DNA of 62,901 nucleotides from contig DBPS01000051.1 in the NCBI GenBank assembly GCA_002304935.1, positions 25,861 through 88,761 of the forward strand, given 5' to 3'. The notes under the pieces were generated by a model, which did not search any database, was not told the DNA's origin, and saw only the letters and a program-made list of their open reading frames with translations. This DNA is from Candidatus Humimicrobium oleiphilum. GTDB taxonomy: Bacteria; Actinomycetota; Humimicrobiia; Humimicrobiales; Humimicrobiaceae. Both the position numbers and the translations under genes were made by a program. Below are positions 19,579 to 30,070 of the stretch, piece after piece. Positions within the stretch are counted from its first letter, which is position 1, and every line of letters starts with the position of its first letter.

Positions 19579-20844
19579 ATGCGGATAGAAGTGGTGGCAT
19601 TTGTTTTAAGTGGCGGGAAAGGCGAGAGGCTTTTGCCTCTGACAAAAGACAGGGTTAAACCTGCCATGCCTTTTGGTGGAAGTTACAGGGTAATAGACTT
19701 TGTCTTAAGTAATCTTATTCATTCCAGAATAAGAAAAATATATATTCTTACGCAGTACGAACCACGTTCTCTGGAAAAACATATTTTTGAAGGATGGACT
19801 CCTATTTTCGGTATAGGCCGTTATAGCTTTATAAGAATGCTTCCTCCGAAGCAGGGCTCAGACAGTGGCTGGTATAATGGAACAGCAGATGCAGTTAATC
19901 AGAACAAAAGTTATGCATGGGAAAATAAACCGGATATTATAGACATCTTTAGTGCAGATCATATCTATATTATGGATATTTCGATTATGAACGATTTCCA
20001 CTATGACAAGAACGCCGATCTTACGATTTCCGCACTTCCCGTGAAATGTGAAACTGCTTCAAAAAAGTACGGCGTACTGGTAGTAAATGATGACTGGGAA
20101 CTTATCGGTTTTGAGGAAAAGCCTGAAAATCCTACTCCCATGCCGGGTTCAAATGACTATTGCCTTGCATCAATGGGAAACTATGCTTTTAATCCTCAGG
20201 TTCTCATAGAAGAACTGGTTATTGACCAGCATAAAGAAACACAAAGAGATAAGAGCATAATATTGCAGAATCCTGACAGATATTCTTCACATGATTTCGG
20301 TTTTGATGTTATTCCGGCAATGCTTAAGAGAGGAAGAAAAATATATGTATACAACTTTAATGAAAATTATATCATAAGTACTAATAAGCATGAAAAATCT
20401 TATTGGAGGGATATCGGTGATCTTGATGAGTTTTATCAGGCAAATATGGACTTGCTTAAAGATGAAAAAGATGTCAATCTTCATAATGAAAGATGGGAGA
20501 TATTCACGAGGTCGTCATGCCTGAGATCGCCATCAATAAACGGAAGGTCCATTATTTCAAAATCCATCATTTCCAATGGATGTGAAATTAATAAATCTGA
20601 AATCGACAACTCTATTCTGTCATATCATATTGAAGTTTCAGAAAATACAAAGATCACAGGGTCATTTTTAATGGGTTATAATCATATAGGCAAAAATGTG
20701 AAAATCAAAAATGCAATAATTGATACATTTACTTATGTTCCTGACAATACCAGGGTCGGTTATGACATTGAAGAAGACCTTAAAAGAAAACTTACCATAT
20801 CAAACAATGGTGTTGTAATAGTCCCGAGAAGATTTAAATTCTAA
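19579..20844 (+). CDS. glgC: Glucose-1-phosphate adenylyltransferase (ADP-glucose pyrophosphorylase)
   Basis: GGKGERLLPLT--R-KPA-PFGG-YR-IDF-LSN, GTADAV, SADHIY, FEEKP, ASMGNY, DFGFDVIP, YWRDIG; C-terminal beta-helix. Confidence 0.93.
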   Translation: MRIEVVAFVLSGGKGERLLPLTKDRVKPAMPFGGSYRVIDFVLSNLIHSRIRKIYILTQYEPRSLEKHIFEGWTPIFGIGRYSFIRMLPPKQGSDSGWYNGTADAVNQNKSYAWENKPDIIDIFSADHIYIMDISIMNDFHYDKNADLTISALPVKCETASKKYGVLVVNDDWELIGFEEKPENPTPMPGSNDYCLASMGNYAFNPQVLIEELVIDQHKETQRDKSIILQNPDRYSSHDFGFDVIPAMLKRGRKIYVYNFNENYIISTNKHEKSYWRDIGDLDEFYQANMDLLKDEKDVNLHNERWEIFTRSSCLRSPSINGRSIISKSIISNGCEINKSEIDNSILSYHIEVSENTKITGSFLMGYNHIGKNVKIKNAIIDTFTYVPDNTRVGYDIEEDLKRKLTISNNGVVIVPRRFKF

Positions 20845-20979
20845 AATAGTATATTATAAATTATCCATTTAAACGTCATCCGGAAAGTTGCAGTATCGGA
20901 ATTTTACTTTTTTTAATTAAAATAGTTTAAAATCTAATATAACAATTGTAATTAGTAATGAAAGATAAGAGGAAAATAA

Positions 20980-22137
20980 TTGAAGACAGACAAACCGGAC
21001 GATGAAAATAAGACGATAAATAAATCTATTGTAAAATTTGCCTCAGTCGAGTTTGACAAAATAGATCCTGATGCAACCCTGCCTGCAAAATTTGACAGAC
21101 TTTTAAAGACCACTGATTTGAAAAAAGTTGTCGGAGATAAAGTGGTGGCATTAAAGATGCACATGGGCAGAGGAATCGGTTACACAACAATACACCCTCT
21201 TTTCATAAAAATACTGATCAGGCATATAAAAGAAGCAGGTGGCAGGGTTTTTATAACAGATGTAGGCCCCAGTTTCAGCAGCGGCGGTTTTAACGACCTT
21301 ACTTCTAGAGACAGAGGATATTCTGAAGATGTTCTGGGAGCTCCGATATATCCGGTATCGGGAGTATTTGATAAATATTATTATTCAAAAAAAGTAGATT
21401 TTAAAAATCTTGATGAGATACAGATCGCCGGCCACATACATGATGCTGAAGTCATGATAGATCTCTCCCATTTTAAAGGTCACGGAATAAGCAGCTACGG
21501 AGGTGCCTTAAAGAATATCGCAATGGGCTGTGTGACTGCAAAAACAAGAGGAGACATGCACAGTCTTCATTCTGGCGGCAGCGGTATTGTATGGGATGAG
21601 AATCTTTGTGACCATTGCAATAAATGCGTGGATGAATGCAGATATAAAGCAAACTTTTTCAATGATGAAAACAAATACGAAGTAATTATTCATGACTGCA
21701 CTTATTGCCAGCATTGCATCGAAATTTGTCCGAATTCTGCACTTTCCCTTGAATCCAGAAATTATCTTGATTTCCAGGAAGGAATGGTGATTGCAACAGA
21801 AGAAGTTCTGAAAACTTTCAATCCGGGAAATGTTTACTATATAAATATTCTTTTAAGCATAACTTTTATATGTGACTGCTGGGGAATGTCGGCATCTTCT
21901 GTTGTCCCTGACATAGGTATCCTTGCATCAGATGACATTGTCGCAATTGAAAAAGCTTCACTTGATCTTATAACTCCGGAAAACTTTAATCCCAAATCTC
22001 TGCCAAAAGACAAGGCTCTCAGGGAAGGAAGGCATCTTTTTGAACAGATTTGGGGAAAAGATCCTTATACACAGGTAGAAATAGCTGCAAGGCGCGGTCT
22101 CGGCAAGCCTGATTATATTATTGAAGAAATTAAATAA
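20980..22137 (+). CDS. DUF362 Fe-S protein with internal 2x[4Fe-4S] domain
   Basis: VALKMHMG, SHFKGH, GGALKNIAMGC, CDHCNKCVDEC / CTYCQHCIEICP, CDCWG, DIGILAS-DIVAI; TTG start with AGAGGA RBS. Confidence 0.82.
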   Translation: MKTDKPDDENKTINKSIVKFASVEFDKIDPDATLPAKFDRLLKTTDLKKVVGDKVVALKMHMGRGIGYTTIHPLFIKILIRHIKEAGGRVFITDVGPSFSSGGFNDLTSRDRGYSEDVLGAPIYPVSGVFDKYYYSKKVDFKNLDEIQIAGHIHDAEVMIDLSHFKGHGISSYGGALKNIAMGCVTAKTRGDMHSLHSGGSGIVWDENLCDHCNKCVDECRYKANFFNDENKYEVIIHDCTYCQHCIEICPNSALSLESRNYLDFQEGMVIATEEVLKTFNPGNVYYINILLSITFICDCWGMSASSVVPDIGILASDDIVAIEKASLDLITPENFNPKSLPKDKALREGRHLFEQIWGKDPYTQVEIAARRGLGKPDYIIEEIK

Positions 22138-22162
22138 GCAAGAAACAGAATAGGGGGAATAT

Positions 22163-22381
22163 ATGTCTGTTATAAAAGAATCCTATCCCATTGTAGGCAT
22201 GGAATGTGCAAGTTGTGTAAAAAAAATTGAAGATATCCTGAAAAAAACGAAAGGCGTGATTTCAGCCAGTGCCAATCTGGCTTCGGAAAAAGTGACGGTT
22301 GAATTTGATGAAGAAACTATTAATAAAAAAGAACTAGCAGATATCCTTTCCAGAATAGGATACGACATGATTGTTGAATAA
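22163..22381 (+). CDS. copZ: Stand-alone HMA domain, CopZ-like copper chaperone
   Basis: GMECASC metal-binding motif, ANLASE, C-terminal GY; 72 aa; GGGGGA RBS. Confidence 0.85.
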   Translation: MSVIKESYPIVGMECASCVKKIEDILKKTKGVISASANLASEKVTVEFDEETINKKELADILSRIGYDMIVE

Positions 22382-22447
22382 AAGTAATTTAATATTTAAA
22401 AACAGTAATGATTAAAATAAATAAGGTTAAAATAAAACAGGATCTTT

Positions 22448-24496
22448 ATGGCAGAGCAGGCAAAACTTACAATTGAACAGAAAAAAGAGCTTATAGAAAA
22501 GAAGAAGTCAGAAATATTGCTGAGAAAGCTGATAGCCGGTATTATTCTTTCAGTAATTATTTTGACTGGATCTATGGAAATCCTGCCTGGATTCGGTTTT
22601 ATTGCAGAACGATACAGATTCCTTATACTTTTATTTTTAACCATACCGGTACAATTCTGGGTAGGCTTGCAGTTTTTTAAAGGGCTTACGGTATTATTCA
22701 GATATAAAACAGCCGATATGAATACCCTTGTAATAATCGGGACTCTTGCTGCTTTTGCTTATAGTACCATTGTAGCTGTATTTTCTTTTTTCCCTGGCAT
22801 TTTTTCAAAAATGGGTCTTGAGAAAATAATATATTTTGATTCTTCTGCAATAATAATAACCCTCATACTTCTTGGCAGATTCTTTGAGGCAAAAGCAAAA
22901 GGCAGAGCCTCTGATGCAATAAAAAAATTATTAAGGCTTAAACCCTCAAAAGCAGTAGTCCTGCATGATGGTATGGAAATCGAAAAAGATATAGATGATG
23001 TTAAAGTCGGAGATATTATAATAGTAAGACCCGGTGACAAAATAGCGGTTGACGGAGTAGTTGTCGAAGGAATGTCAGATATTGATGAATCCATGGTCAC
23101 AGGGGAATCCCTGCCTGTTGAAAGAAGAAAAGACGATCCGGTAATAGGAGCTACCATTAATATTTCAGGAACTTTCAAATTCAGAGCTACAAAAGTCGGA
23201 AAGGATACTTTCCTAAGCCAGATTATAAAAATGGTTGAGGAAGCCCAGGGTTCAAAAGCTCCGATACAGAAACTTGCAGATATTGTAGCAAGTTATTTTG
23301 TTCCGGTTGTCATAGGAATAGCCTTTCTTTCTTTTATACTCTGGATGATCTTCGGGGACAATCATTCTTTTTCATTTGCAATCATAAGATTTGTCTCGGT
23401 TTTAGTGATTGCCTGCCCCTGCGCGCTTGGGCTTGCGACTCCGACTGCAATTATTGTCGGTACAGGAAAAGGAGCAGAAAGCGGTATTTTGATAAGAGAT
23501 GCCCAAAGCCTGGAAGCTGCATATAAATTAAATACGATTGTTTTTGACAAAACAGGGACTTTGACAAAAGGAGAGCCGGTAGTTACTGATATTATTGTCA
23601 TAAAAAATAAAATTATTTCAAATGAAAATGAATTGCTTTTCTATGCAGCATCTGCTGAACTGAGATCCGAGCATCCGCTAGGCAAGGCTATTGTTAAAAA
23701 AGCAATAGAGCAGAACATAAAATTAACTGAACCTGAAAAATTCAAGGCGATAAGCGGAAAAGGAATAAAAGCAGAGGTCAAGGGTTTTGAAATAAATAAG
23801 GGTAATTATGGTTTTATGAAAGAACTGGGTGTAGATATAGAAGCAAGTAAAAATGATATTGTAAATCTTGGCAGGCAGGGAAAGACCCCTGTGATTTTAT
23901 CTATCAATCAACAGGCTGCAGGAATAATTGCCGTAGCAGACGAACTTAAAGAAAATGCTGCAGGAATTGTTTCTTCTTTAAAAAAGCTTGGCCTTAAAGT
24001 AATAATGCTTACAGGAGATAATAAAAATACAGCAGAATACATTGCCGGGCTTGCAGGGGTAGACGATATAATGGCCGAAGTCCTTCCGGGAGATAAAGCA
24101 GACAAAATAAAAGAGCTTCAGAAGTCCGGCAATATGGTGGCAATGGTCGGGGATGGAATAAATGACGCACCTGCACTTGCCCAGGCAGATATAGGCATAG
24201 CTCTTGGTACCGGAACTGATATAGCGCTTGAAGCCGGTTCGGTTGCACTGATAAGCGGAGATCTGAGCGGAGTATTAAAAACAATAAAATTATCAAGAAA
24301 CACTATAAGAATTGTAAAGCAGAATCTGTTCTGGGCTTTTATATATAATATAATTTTGATTCCCATTGCTGCAGGTGCATTTTACCCTGCATTCGGAATT
24401 CTTATTAATCCGATGTTTGGAGCAGCAGCCATGGCTTTCAGCAGCATATCAGTTATATCCAATTCGCTGAGGCTCAGGCTGTTTAGATTAAATTAA
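22448..24496 (+). CDS. copA: Cu(I)-translocating P1B-1 ATPase lacking an N-terminal HMA domain
   Basis: TGES, CPC ([11 protein letters not shown]), DKTGT, SEHP, GDGIND, YN in TM7, MAFSS in TM8. Confidence 0.93.
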   Translation: MAEQAKLTIEQKKELIEKKKSEILLRKLIAGIILSVIILTGSMEILPGFGFIAERYRFLILLFLTIPVQFWVGLQFFKGLTVLFRYKTADMNTLVIIGTLAAFAYSTIVAVFSFFPGIFSKMGLEKIIYFDSSAIIITLILLGRFFEAKAKGRASDAIKKLLRLKPSKAVVLHDGMEIEKDIDDVKVGDIIIVRPGDKIAVDGVVVEGMSDIDESMVTGESLPVERRKDDPVIGATINISGTFKFRATKVGKDTFLSQIIKMVEEAQGSKAPIQKLADIVASYFVPVVIGIAFLSFILWMIFGDNHSFSFAIIRFVSVLVIACPCALGLATPTAIIVGTGKGAESGILIRDAQSLEAAYKLNTIVFDKTGTLTKGEPVVTDIIVIKNKIISNENELLFYAASAELRSEHPLGKAIVKKAIEQNIKLTEPEKFKAISGKGIKAEVKGFEINKGNYGFMKELGVDIEASKNDIVNLGRQGKTPVILSINQQAAGIIAVADELKENAAGIVSSLKKLGLKVIMLTGDNKNTAEYIAGLAGVDDIMAEVLPGDKADKIKELQKSGNMVAMVGDGINDAPALAQADIGIALGTGTDIALEAGSVALISGDLSGVLKTIKLSRNTIRIVKQNLFWAFIYNIILIPIAAGAFYPAFGILINPMFGAAAMAFSSISVISNSLRLRLFRLN

Positions 24497-24507
24497 AGAG
24501 AATAAAG

Positions 24508-25110
24508 ATGAATAATAAAAAAATAAATATACTTACAATCTATGGAAGCCCTAGAAAAAATGGTAATACCGATGAATTGTTAAAAAATTTTGAAAAAGGT
24601 GTTTATGAAAATAACAGCCTGGACAATAGTAATTTGAAAATTGAAAGTCTTTTTGTCAGAAATATGAATTTTTCTCCATGTATAGAATGCAGGCATTGCT
24701 CTATAGATGGAGAGTGCTCACGCAGAGATGATATGCAGCAGGCATATTTAAAATTAACAGAAGCAGATTTTATTGCTATAGGTTCTCCTATCTTTTTTGT
24801 GTCTGTTCCAGCTCAGCTAAAATCATTTATAGACAGATGCCAGAGATTCTGGAGCCTTAAATATGAGCTTAATAAAAAAATAATAACAAAAGAAAGGGAA
24901 GGGATTTTTATTTCAGCTGCGGGAGCAGAAAATATTAATATTTTTGATTGTGCAGAAAAAGTGATAAAAGAATTTTTTAATGTACTTTATGTAAAATATG
25001 AAAAGAATTTTTTTTATAATAAAATCGATCAAAAAGGTGATATTTTAAAGAAACCCGGAGCCTTAAAAGAAGTCTTTGAATATGGGAAAAATCTTAAAAT
25101 ACAAATTTAA
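24508..25110 (+). CDS. Iron-sulfur flavoprotein (Isf) / NADPH-dependent FMN reductase family
   Basis: GSPRKNGNT, compact CX2CX2CX5C (CIECRHCSIDGEC), GSPIFF, LKSFIDR. Confidence 0.85.
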   Translation: MNNKKINILTIYGSPRKNGNTDELLKNFEKGVYENNSLDNSNLKIESLFVRNMNFSPCIECRHCSIDGECSRRDDMQQAYLKLTEADFIAIGSPIFFVSVPAQLKSFIDRCQRFWSLKYELNKKIITKEREGIFISAAGAENINIFDCAEKVIKEFFNVLYVKYEKNFFYNKIDQKGDILKKPGALKEVFEYGKNLKIQI

Positions 25111-25144
25111 CATAAGAATACATTTTTTTACCGGAGGGGGTAAA

Positions 25145-25840
25145 TTGACTAAAAAGAATTTTTTAAAATATTGCGGATTATTATTTGTATTATTGCTAAT
25201 TATGACTAGTTTGTTCATTTCAGCCGGTTGCTGCTCAATGCTTCTTCCTGCAAGGGGCACTTCCAGCCAGGAAGATGTACAGTCGGCAATAATTTCTGAA
25301 GACAGCCAGGAAGGTTCAACAACTTCGGGAGAAATTGCAGATGATACGACTGCAACCTCAAAGGCTCCTGATGAAGAACAAAAAGAGGATGCAGAAAATA
25401 GCAATGATGAACCCATGGATTATATTAACAATTTCAGCCTGGATAATCTTAGCGGAGAAAAAATATCATTGTCAGATTTTGCAGGAAAAATAGTTGTCCT
25501 TAATTTCTGGGCAACATGGTGCCCTCCCTGTAAGGCAGAGATACCTGATTTTATAGAGGTATATAATGAATATAAAGATCAGGGAATAGCTTTTCTGGGT
25601 ATTTCTCTTGACGATGACTTAAATGCCCTCAAGCAATTTGTTTTTGATAATAATATAAGCTATCCGATACTGATAGATAATCAGATTGCAAATGTATCCG
25701 GAAACTGGGGTATAAGTGCAATACCAACAACTTTTTTTATTGATAAGAACGGGGAGATAATCGACAAGCGGATAGGCCAGATTCCCAAGCAGGAACTTGT
25801 TTCAGTGCTAAAAGGACTTCTGGCCAGAAACAAGGCCTGA
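25145..25840 (+). CDS. TlpA/ResA-like thiol-disulfide oxidoreductase, probable lipoprotein; TTG 25145 preferred over ORF track start 25076
   Basis: NFWATWCPPC, GISLD, AIPTTFFID; signal peptide with lipobox-like ISAG-C; GGAGG RBS at 25133-25137. Confidence 0.85.
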   Translation: MTKKNFLKYCGLLFVLLLIMTSLFISAGCCSMLLPARGTSSQEDVQSAIISEDSQEGSTTSGEIADDTTATSKAPDEEQKEDAENSNDEPMDYINNFSLDNLSGEKISLSDFAGKIVVLNFWATWCPPCKAEIPDFIEVYNEYKDQGIAFLGISLDDDLNALKQFVFDNNISYPILIDNQIANVSGNWGISAIPTTFFIDKNGEIIDKRIGQIPKQELVSVLKGLLARNKA

Positions 25841-25977
25841 AATCCTGATTTTTGATTTATATCTTTTTTTATAATGTCTAAGGTTTGTGCATTTTATATT
25901 AAATAATTTGAAAAAATACAAAAATAAAAAGATAATGTTTGTTTAAATTATTTTTTTCGGTAATCAAGGAGGTTGTT

Positions 25978-26799
25978 TTGGTAGTAGATCCTGTTGCATT
26001 CAGATTATTTGGTTTGGAAATAAGATGGTACGGTATCCTGATAGCTTTTGGGCTGATACTGGCAATTATTATTTCATATCTTATTGCAAGATACAGAAGA
26101 TTTAAAGCAGATGAAATTCTGAATTTTGCTCCTTTTGCAATAATTGCCGGAGTAATCGGTGCAAGACTTCTTCATGTTGTTGTCAATTGGTCTTATTATT
26201 CAAAAAACCTTTCAAGCATATTTGCGTTCAGGCAGGGCGGTCTTGCAATACAGGGTGTAGTGATAGGTGGATTCATTGCCCTCATAATATTTGCAAGGAT
26301 AAGGAAAATAGATTTCTGGGGTTTTGCCGACTGTATAGCTCCTTCTCTTGCACTTGCACAAGCTATAGGAAGATGGGGTAATTTCTTTAATCAGGAAGCA
26401 TATGGAAAACCCACCGATGCCAGAATAGGTATTTTTATATCTCCTGAAAACAGATTAAGGGGATATGAAAGTTTTGATTATTTTCATCCTACTTTTCTGT
26501 ATGAGTCCATAGCAAATATCCTTCTTTTTGTAATACTTATTGTTTTGCATGTAATATTCAGGAAGAAAGAAAACAAAGTGCCGAACGGGATTATTTTTAA
26601 TCTTTACCTGATCATATATTCTCTTTACAGAATATTTATTGAATATTACAGAATAGACAGTTCCATGCTGGGTTCCGTAAAAGTTGTTTATATTATCAGT
26701 GGATTAACAATAATTGCTGCTTTTATTATACTTAATGTGATTGTAAACAGATTTATTGCAAGAAAAAAGGCAGAATCTGAAAATACAGAAGAAAAATAA
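25978..26799 (+). CDS. lgt: Prolipoprotein diacylglyceryl transferase; TTG 25978 preferred
   Basis: IRWYG, GARL, GGLAIQG, QAIGRWGNFFNQEAYG, HPTFLYES; AGGAGG RBS at 25967-25972. Confidence 0.95.
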   Translation: MVVDPVAFRLFGLEIRWYGILIAFGLILAIIISYLIARYRRFKADEILNFAPFAIIAGVIGARLLHVVVNWSYYSKNLSSIFAFRQGGLAIQGVVIGGFIALIIFARIRKIDFWGFADCIAPSLALAQAIGRWGNFFNQEAYGKPTDARIGIFISPENRLRGYESFDYFHPTFLYESIANILLFVILIVLHVIFRKKENKVPNGIIFNLYLIIYSLYRIFIEYYRIDSSMLGSVKVVYIISGLTIIAAFIILNVIVNRFIARKKAESENTEEK

Positions 26800-26862
26800 A
26801 ATAAATACATTTTTAGCATTTATTGATTAAATATATAAATAATCAGATAAGTCTTTTATTTA

Positions 26863-27423
26863 TCATCTGATGCTGTACCTGCAGCCGCAATAGCTTTGTC
26901 TGTAAAAATCAAATTGTACGGAGATTGTATTTGCAATTTTAAAGCCATTATTTTTTTTAAAATCTGATTCATAATAGCTGATACCATATTTATCAGCTGA
27001 TTCGATGCCAATGGCATTTATTATTCTGTGGTTTTTATGAGGACTCAGTGTCAAAGTAGTTGCAAAATAATCAAATCCTGATTCTTTTGCACAAGCTGCA
27101 GTTTTTCCAAGTCTTAAACTGAAGCATATCTCACATCTCCTTCCGCCCTCTGGCTCATTTTCAAAACCTTTAATCATTTCTTCAAAAACAGATGTTTCGC
27201 AATCTATGATGACAAGCCTGATTTTTTTTATATCTGAATAATTTTTTAAATCTTCCAGCCGTTTTTCATATTCTTCCTTGGGATAAATATTAGGATTATA
27301 AAACAATAAATCAGTATCAAACTTATCTGACAGGTATTCAATCGGATAGCTGGCACATACAGCGCAGCAAACATGTAAAAGTAATCTTGGTTTTTTTCTT
27401 TTTTGTTTAAAGTCTGTAAACAT
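26863..27423 (-). CDS. queH: Epoxyqueuosine reductase QueH
   Basis: LLLHVCCAVC, FYNPNI, EPEGGRRC-ICF-LRL, TTLTLSPHK, YRQSYCGC. Confidence 0.9.
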   Translation of the reverse strand: MFTDFKQKRKKPRLLLHVCCAVCASYPIEYLSDKFDTDLLFYNPNIYPKEEYEKRLEDLKNYSDIKKIRLVIIDCETSVFEEMIKGFENEPEGGRRCEICFSLRLGKTAACAKESGFDYFATTLTLSPHKNHRIINAIGIESADKYGISYYESDFKKNNGFKIANTISVQFDFYRQSYCGCRYSIR

Positions 27424-27575
27424 TTTTTTAAAAGTATAATTCTATGTTTTTTATTCCAAACTTCTATTATTATAAATGAATATAAGGAATAAAATAATGA
27501 TTGTCTTATTTGTTTATTTTTAATATATTTACACAATAAATTTTAATAAGCAAAAATCTTTTTTTTATTTTAAAA

Positions 27576-28919
27576 ATGAAAAGAAATACATTGAAACCAA
27601 TCAGCATAAGTAATTTAAGCCAGGCACAGAATCTTTTTAAAAGTCATTTTGAAATACCTCCTGAAGTTATGGATTCTGCAGGCAGAATAATTAATGATGT
27701 AATAAAAGGTGGGGAAGAAGAAGCTTTAAAATATTGCAATAAATTTGATAATACGTCTTTTAAAAGTATTGAAGACGCAACTGTTACATTAAGCGAAATA
27801 GAAGATGGCTATAAGTTTATAAAAGACAATAAGCCTGAACTGGTAAAGGCAATTGATAAAAGCTACAGCAATATTTTAAGATTTCATGAAGAACAATTAA
27901 AGCATGAGCCATCAACCTGGTATTTTGAACCTGGACCCGGAAAACGACTGGGACAGATTTCATCGCCTCTTGACAGAGTCTGCGTGTATGTTCCCGGCGG
28001 GCGTTTTGTTTATCCTTCATCAGTTCTTATGACGGTTATTCCTGCCAAAGTTGCAGGTGTAAAAGAAGTAGCTGTATGCACACCTTCAAAAGACGGAGGC
28101 AGGATAAATGAACTTCTTCTTTATATATTCAGATACCTGAATATAAGCGAGGTCTATAAGATAAGCGGAGCACAGGCAGTTGCCTTGATGGCTTATGGCG
28201 GCAGGCATGTAAAAAAAGTATCTAAAATAGTAGGGCCAGGGAATATTTATGTAACAGCAGCAAAAAAATTAGTTTTCGGGAAAGTCGGAATAGACAGTCT
28301 TGCAGGTCCGAGTGAAATAGTGATTATAGCTGACAATACTGCAGATCCTGGATTTACAGCAGCTGATCTCTTATCTCAGGCAGAGCATGATCCGGATGCA
28401 AAAAGCATACTTATAACGGATAGCAGCGAACTTGCGAAAAATACAATAATAAATATTTTCAAGCAGATCGACAGACTTAAAGCCGAACATGGCGAAAGAT
28501 TTAACAGTGACCTGGTTCTAAAATGTATAAATAATAATTGTAAAATAATCTTATGCCGGAATATTGAAATGGCATGCAGCATATCTGATATTATTGCTCC
28601 CGAACATCTGGAAATAATGACAGAAAATCCTTTTAAAACGCTTGAATCAGTTAAAAACGGAGGCTCCATATTTATTGGAAATAATACGCCGGTTGCTGTA
28701 GGGGATTATATCGGAGGGACAAATCATGTTATTCCTACAAGCGGAACATCAGTTTTTTCATCACCTCTTGGCGTATATGACTTTTTTAAGAAAAGTGCAG
28801 TTACTTATTATGATTATAATGCTCTTGAAGAAGAGCATGTTCTGATTGAAGATTTTGCCTATTCCGAAAATCTTCTGGCTCACAGAAATTCAGTAAAGTT
28901 AAGAATCAGGGGAAAATAA
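27576..28919 (+). CDS. hisD: Histidinol dehydrogenase
   Basis: YVPGG--YPSSVLM, GAQAVA, GPGNIYV, IDSLAGPSE, DLLSQAEHD, APEHLEI, GDY-GGTNHV-PT. Confidence 0.95.
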   Translation: MKRNTLKPISISNLSQAQNLFKSHFEIPPEVMDSAGRIINDVIKGGEEEALKYCNKFDNTSFKSIEDATVTLSEIEDGYKFIKDNKPELVKAIDKSYSNILRFHEEQLKHEPSTWYFEPGPGKRLGQISSPLDRVCVYVPGGRFVYPSSVLMTVIPAKVAGVKEVAVCTPSKDGGRINELLLYIFRYLNISEVYKISGAQAVALMAYGGRHVKKVSKIVGPGNIYVTAAKKLVFGKVGIDSLAGPSEIVIIADNTADPGFTAADLLSQAEHDPDAKSILITDSSELAKNTIINIFKQIDRLKAEHGERFNSDLVLKCINNNCKIILCRNIEMACSISDIIAPEHLEIMTENPFKTLESVKNGGSIFIGNNTPVAVGDYIGGTNHVIPTSGTSVFSSPLGVYDFFKKSAVTYYDYNALEEEHVLIEDFAYSENLLAHRNSVKLRIRGK

Positions 28920-30028
28920 TGACCTCAATAAAAATAAAACCCTGGATTATTGATCTTCCTGAATATATCCCTGGCAGGACAATTGAGGAAATAAAGAAAA
29001 AATACAAACTGGATACTGTTTACAAACTGGCATCAAATGAAAACATATTCGGGCCCTCTCCGAGAGTGGCAGAAGCTTTGAATAATGCTCTTTCTGAAAT
29101 AAATTATTATCCTGACAGCTACAACAGGGATCTCAGGGAAAAACTTGAGGAAAAGACAGGGTTAAGGAAAGAACAGTTTCTTTTCGGGAACGGGACCGAC
29201 CAGATAATAGAGATGGTCTGTGACGCTATCCTGGATAAGGGCAAAAATATTGTAATACCTGATCCGACTTTTTTAACTTACGAGAGATCTGCTTTGAAGA
29301 ATAATGCCGGCATAATCAAAATACCTTTAAATGATTTCAGGCAGGATTATCGCAGTATTACATCAGCTGCAGATAGGGATACCGGAATTATTTTTCTTAC
29401 CAGTCCCCATAATCCGACAGGTACAATAATCAGTGAGGAAGAATTAAAGTTTATTCTTGATAATATAAGCCCTGAGGTATTGGTAGTTCTTGATGAAGCG
29501 TATACTGAATTTGTCAGGAAAGAAGATAAATTTAATGCTTGCAAAATGATTGATTATTATAAAAATTTAATGGTTATGCGTACTTTTTCAAAAATATATG
29601 GCCTGGCAGGGTTGAGGATAGGCTATGCCGTTGCAGATGAAATAATAATTAAAAGCGTTGAAAAACTTGTTCAGCCTTTTGTTGTCAATCTTCTTGCCCA
29701 GAAAGCAGCTATTGCATCACTGGAGGATGATGAATATATTAATAAAAATATAGATATAATAATAAATGAAAGAGAAAAAATATTTAATTTTCTTAATAAT
29801 AACAATATAGAATATGTTAAATCATATGCAAATTTTATATTAATAAAAACCGGAAAGCATACTGAAGCAATAACAGAAGATCTTCTGAGAAAAGGTTTTA
29901 TAGTCAGGGGCGGCAGCTTCCTGGGTTTTCCGGAATACATAAGAGTTACCATCTCAATTCCGGAGATAAATGAAAAATTTATAAATACATTTTCAGGTAT
30001 TTATAAAAAGTATATGGGGAAAACGTAA
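28919..30028 (+). CDS. hisC: Histidinol-phosphate aminotransferase
   Basis: KLASNEN, GNGTDQII, PHNPTG, LDEAY, RTFSKIYGLAGLRIGY; TAATG overlap with hisD. Confidence 0.92.
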   Translation: MTSIKIKPWIIDLPEYIPGRTIEEIKKKYKLDTVYKLASNENIFGPSPRVAEALNNALSEINYYPDSYNRDLREKLEEKTGLRKEQFLFGNGTDQIIEMVCDAILDKGKNIVIPDPTFLTYERSALKNNAGIIKIPLNDFRQDYRSITSAADRDTGIIFLTSPHNPTGTIISEEELKFILDNISPEVLVVLDEAYTEFVRKEDKFNACKMIDYYKNLMVMRTFSKIYGLAGLRIGYAVADEIIIKSVEKLVQPFVVNLLAQKAAIASLEDDEYINKNIDIIINEREKIFNFLNNNNIEYVKSYANFILIKTGKHTEAITEDLLRKGFIVRGGSFLGFPEYIRVTISIPEINEKFINTFSGIYKKYMGKT

Positions 30029-30070
30029 ACCTGGTATTAAATTTATTTTAAAAAGAAAGGAGGGAATATT

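Noticed and set aside
22382-22447. Frameshift or stop read-through joining copZ and copA (pseudogene or sequencing error)
   Set aside because: Six further in-frame stops in the 66-nt gap and a separate RBS-like site; read-through is implausible
27424-27575. Possible His leader peptide or T-box upstream of hisD
   Set aside because: No His-codon run, T-box sequence or attenuator hairpin seen
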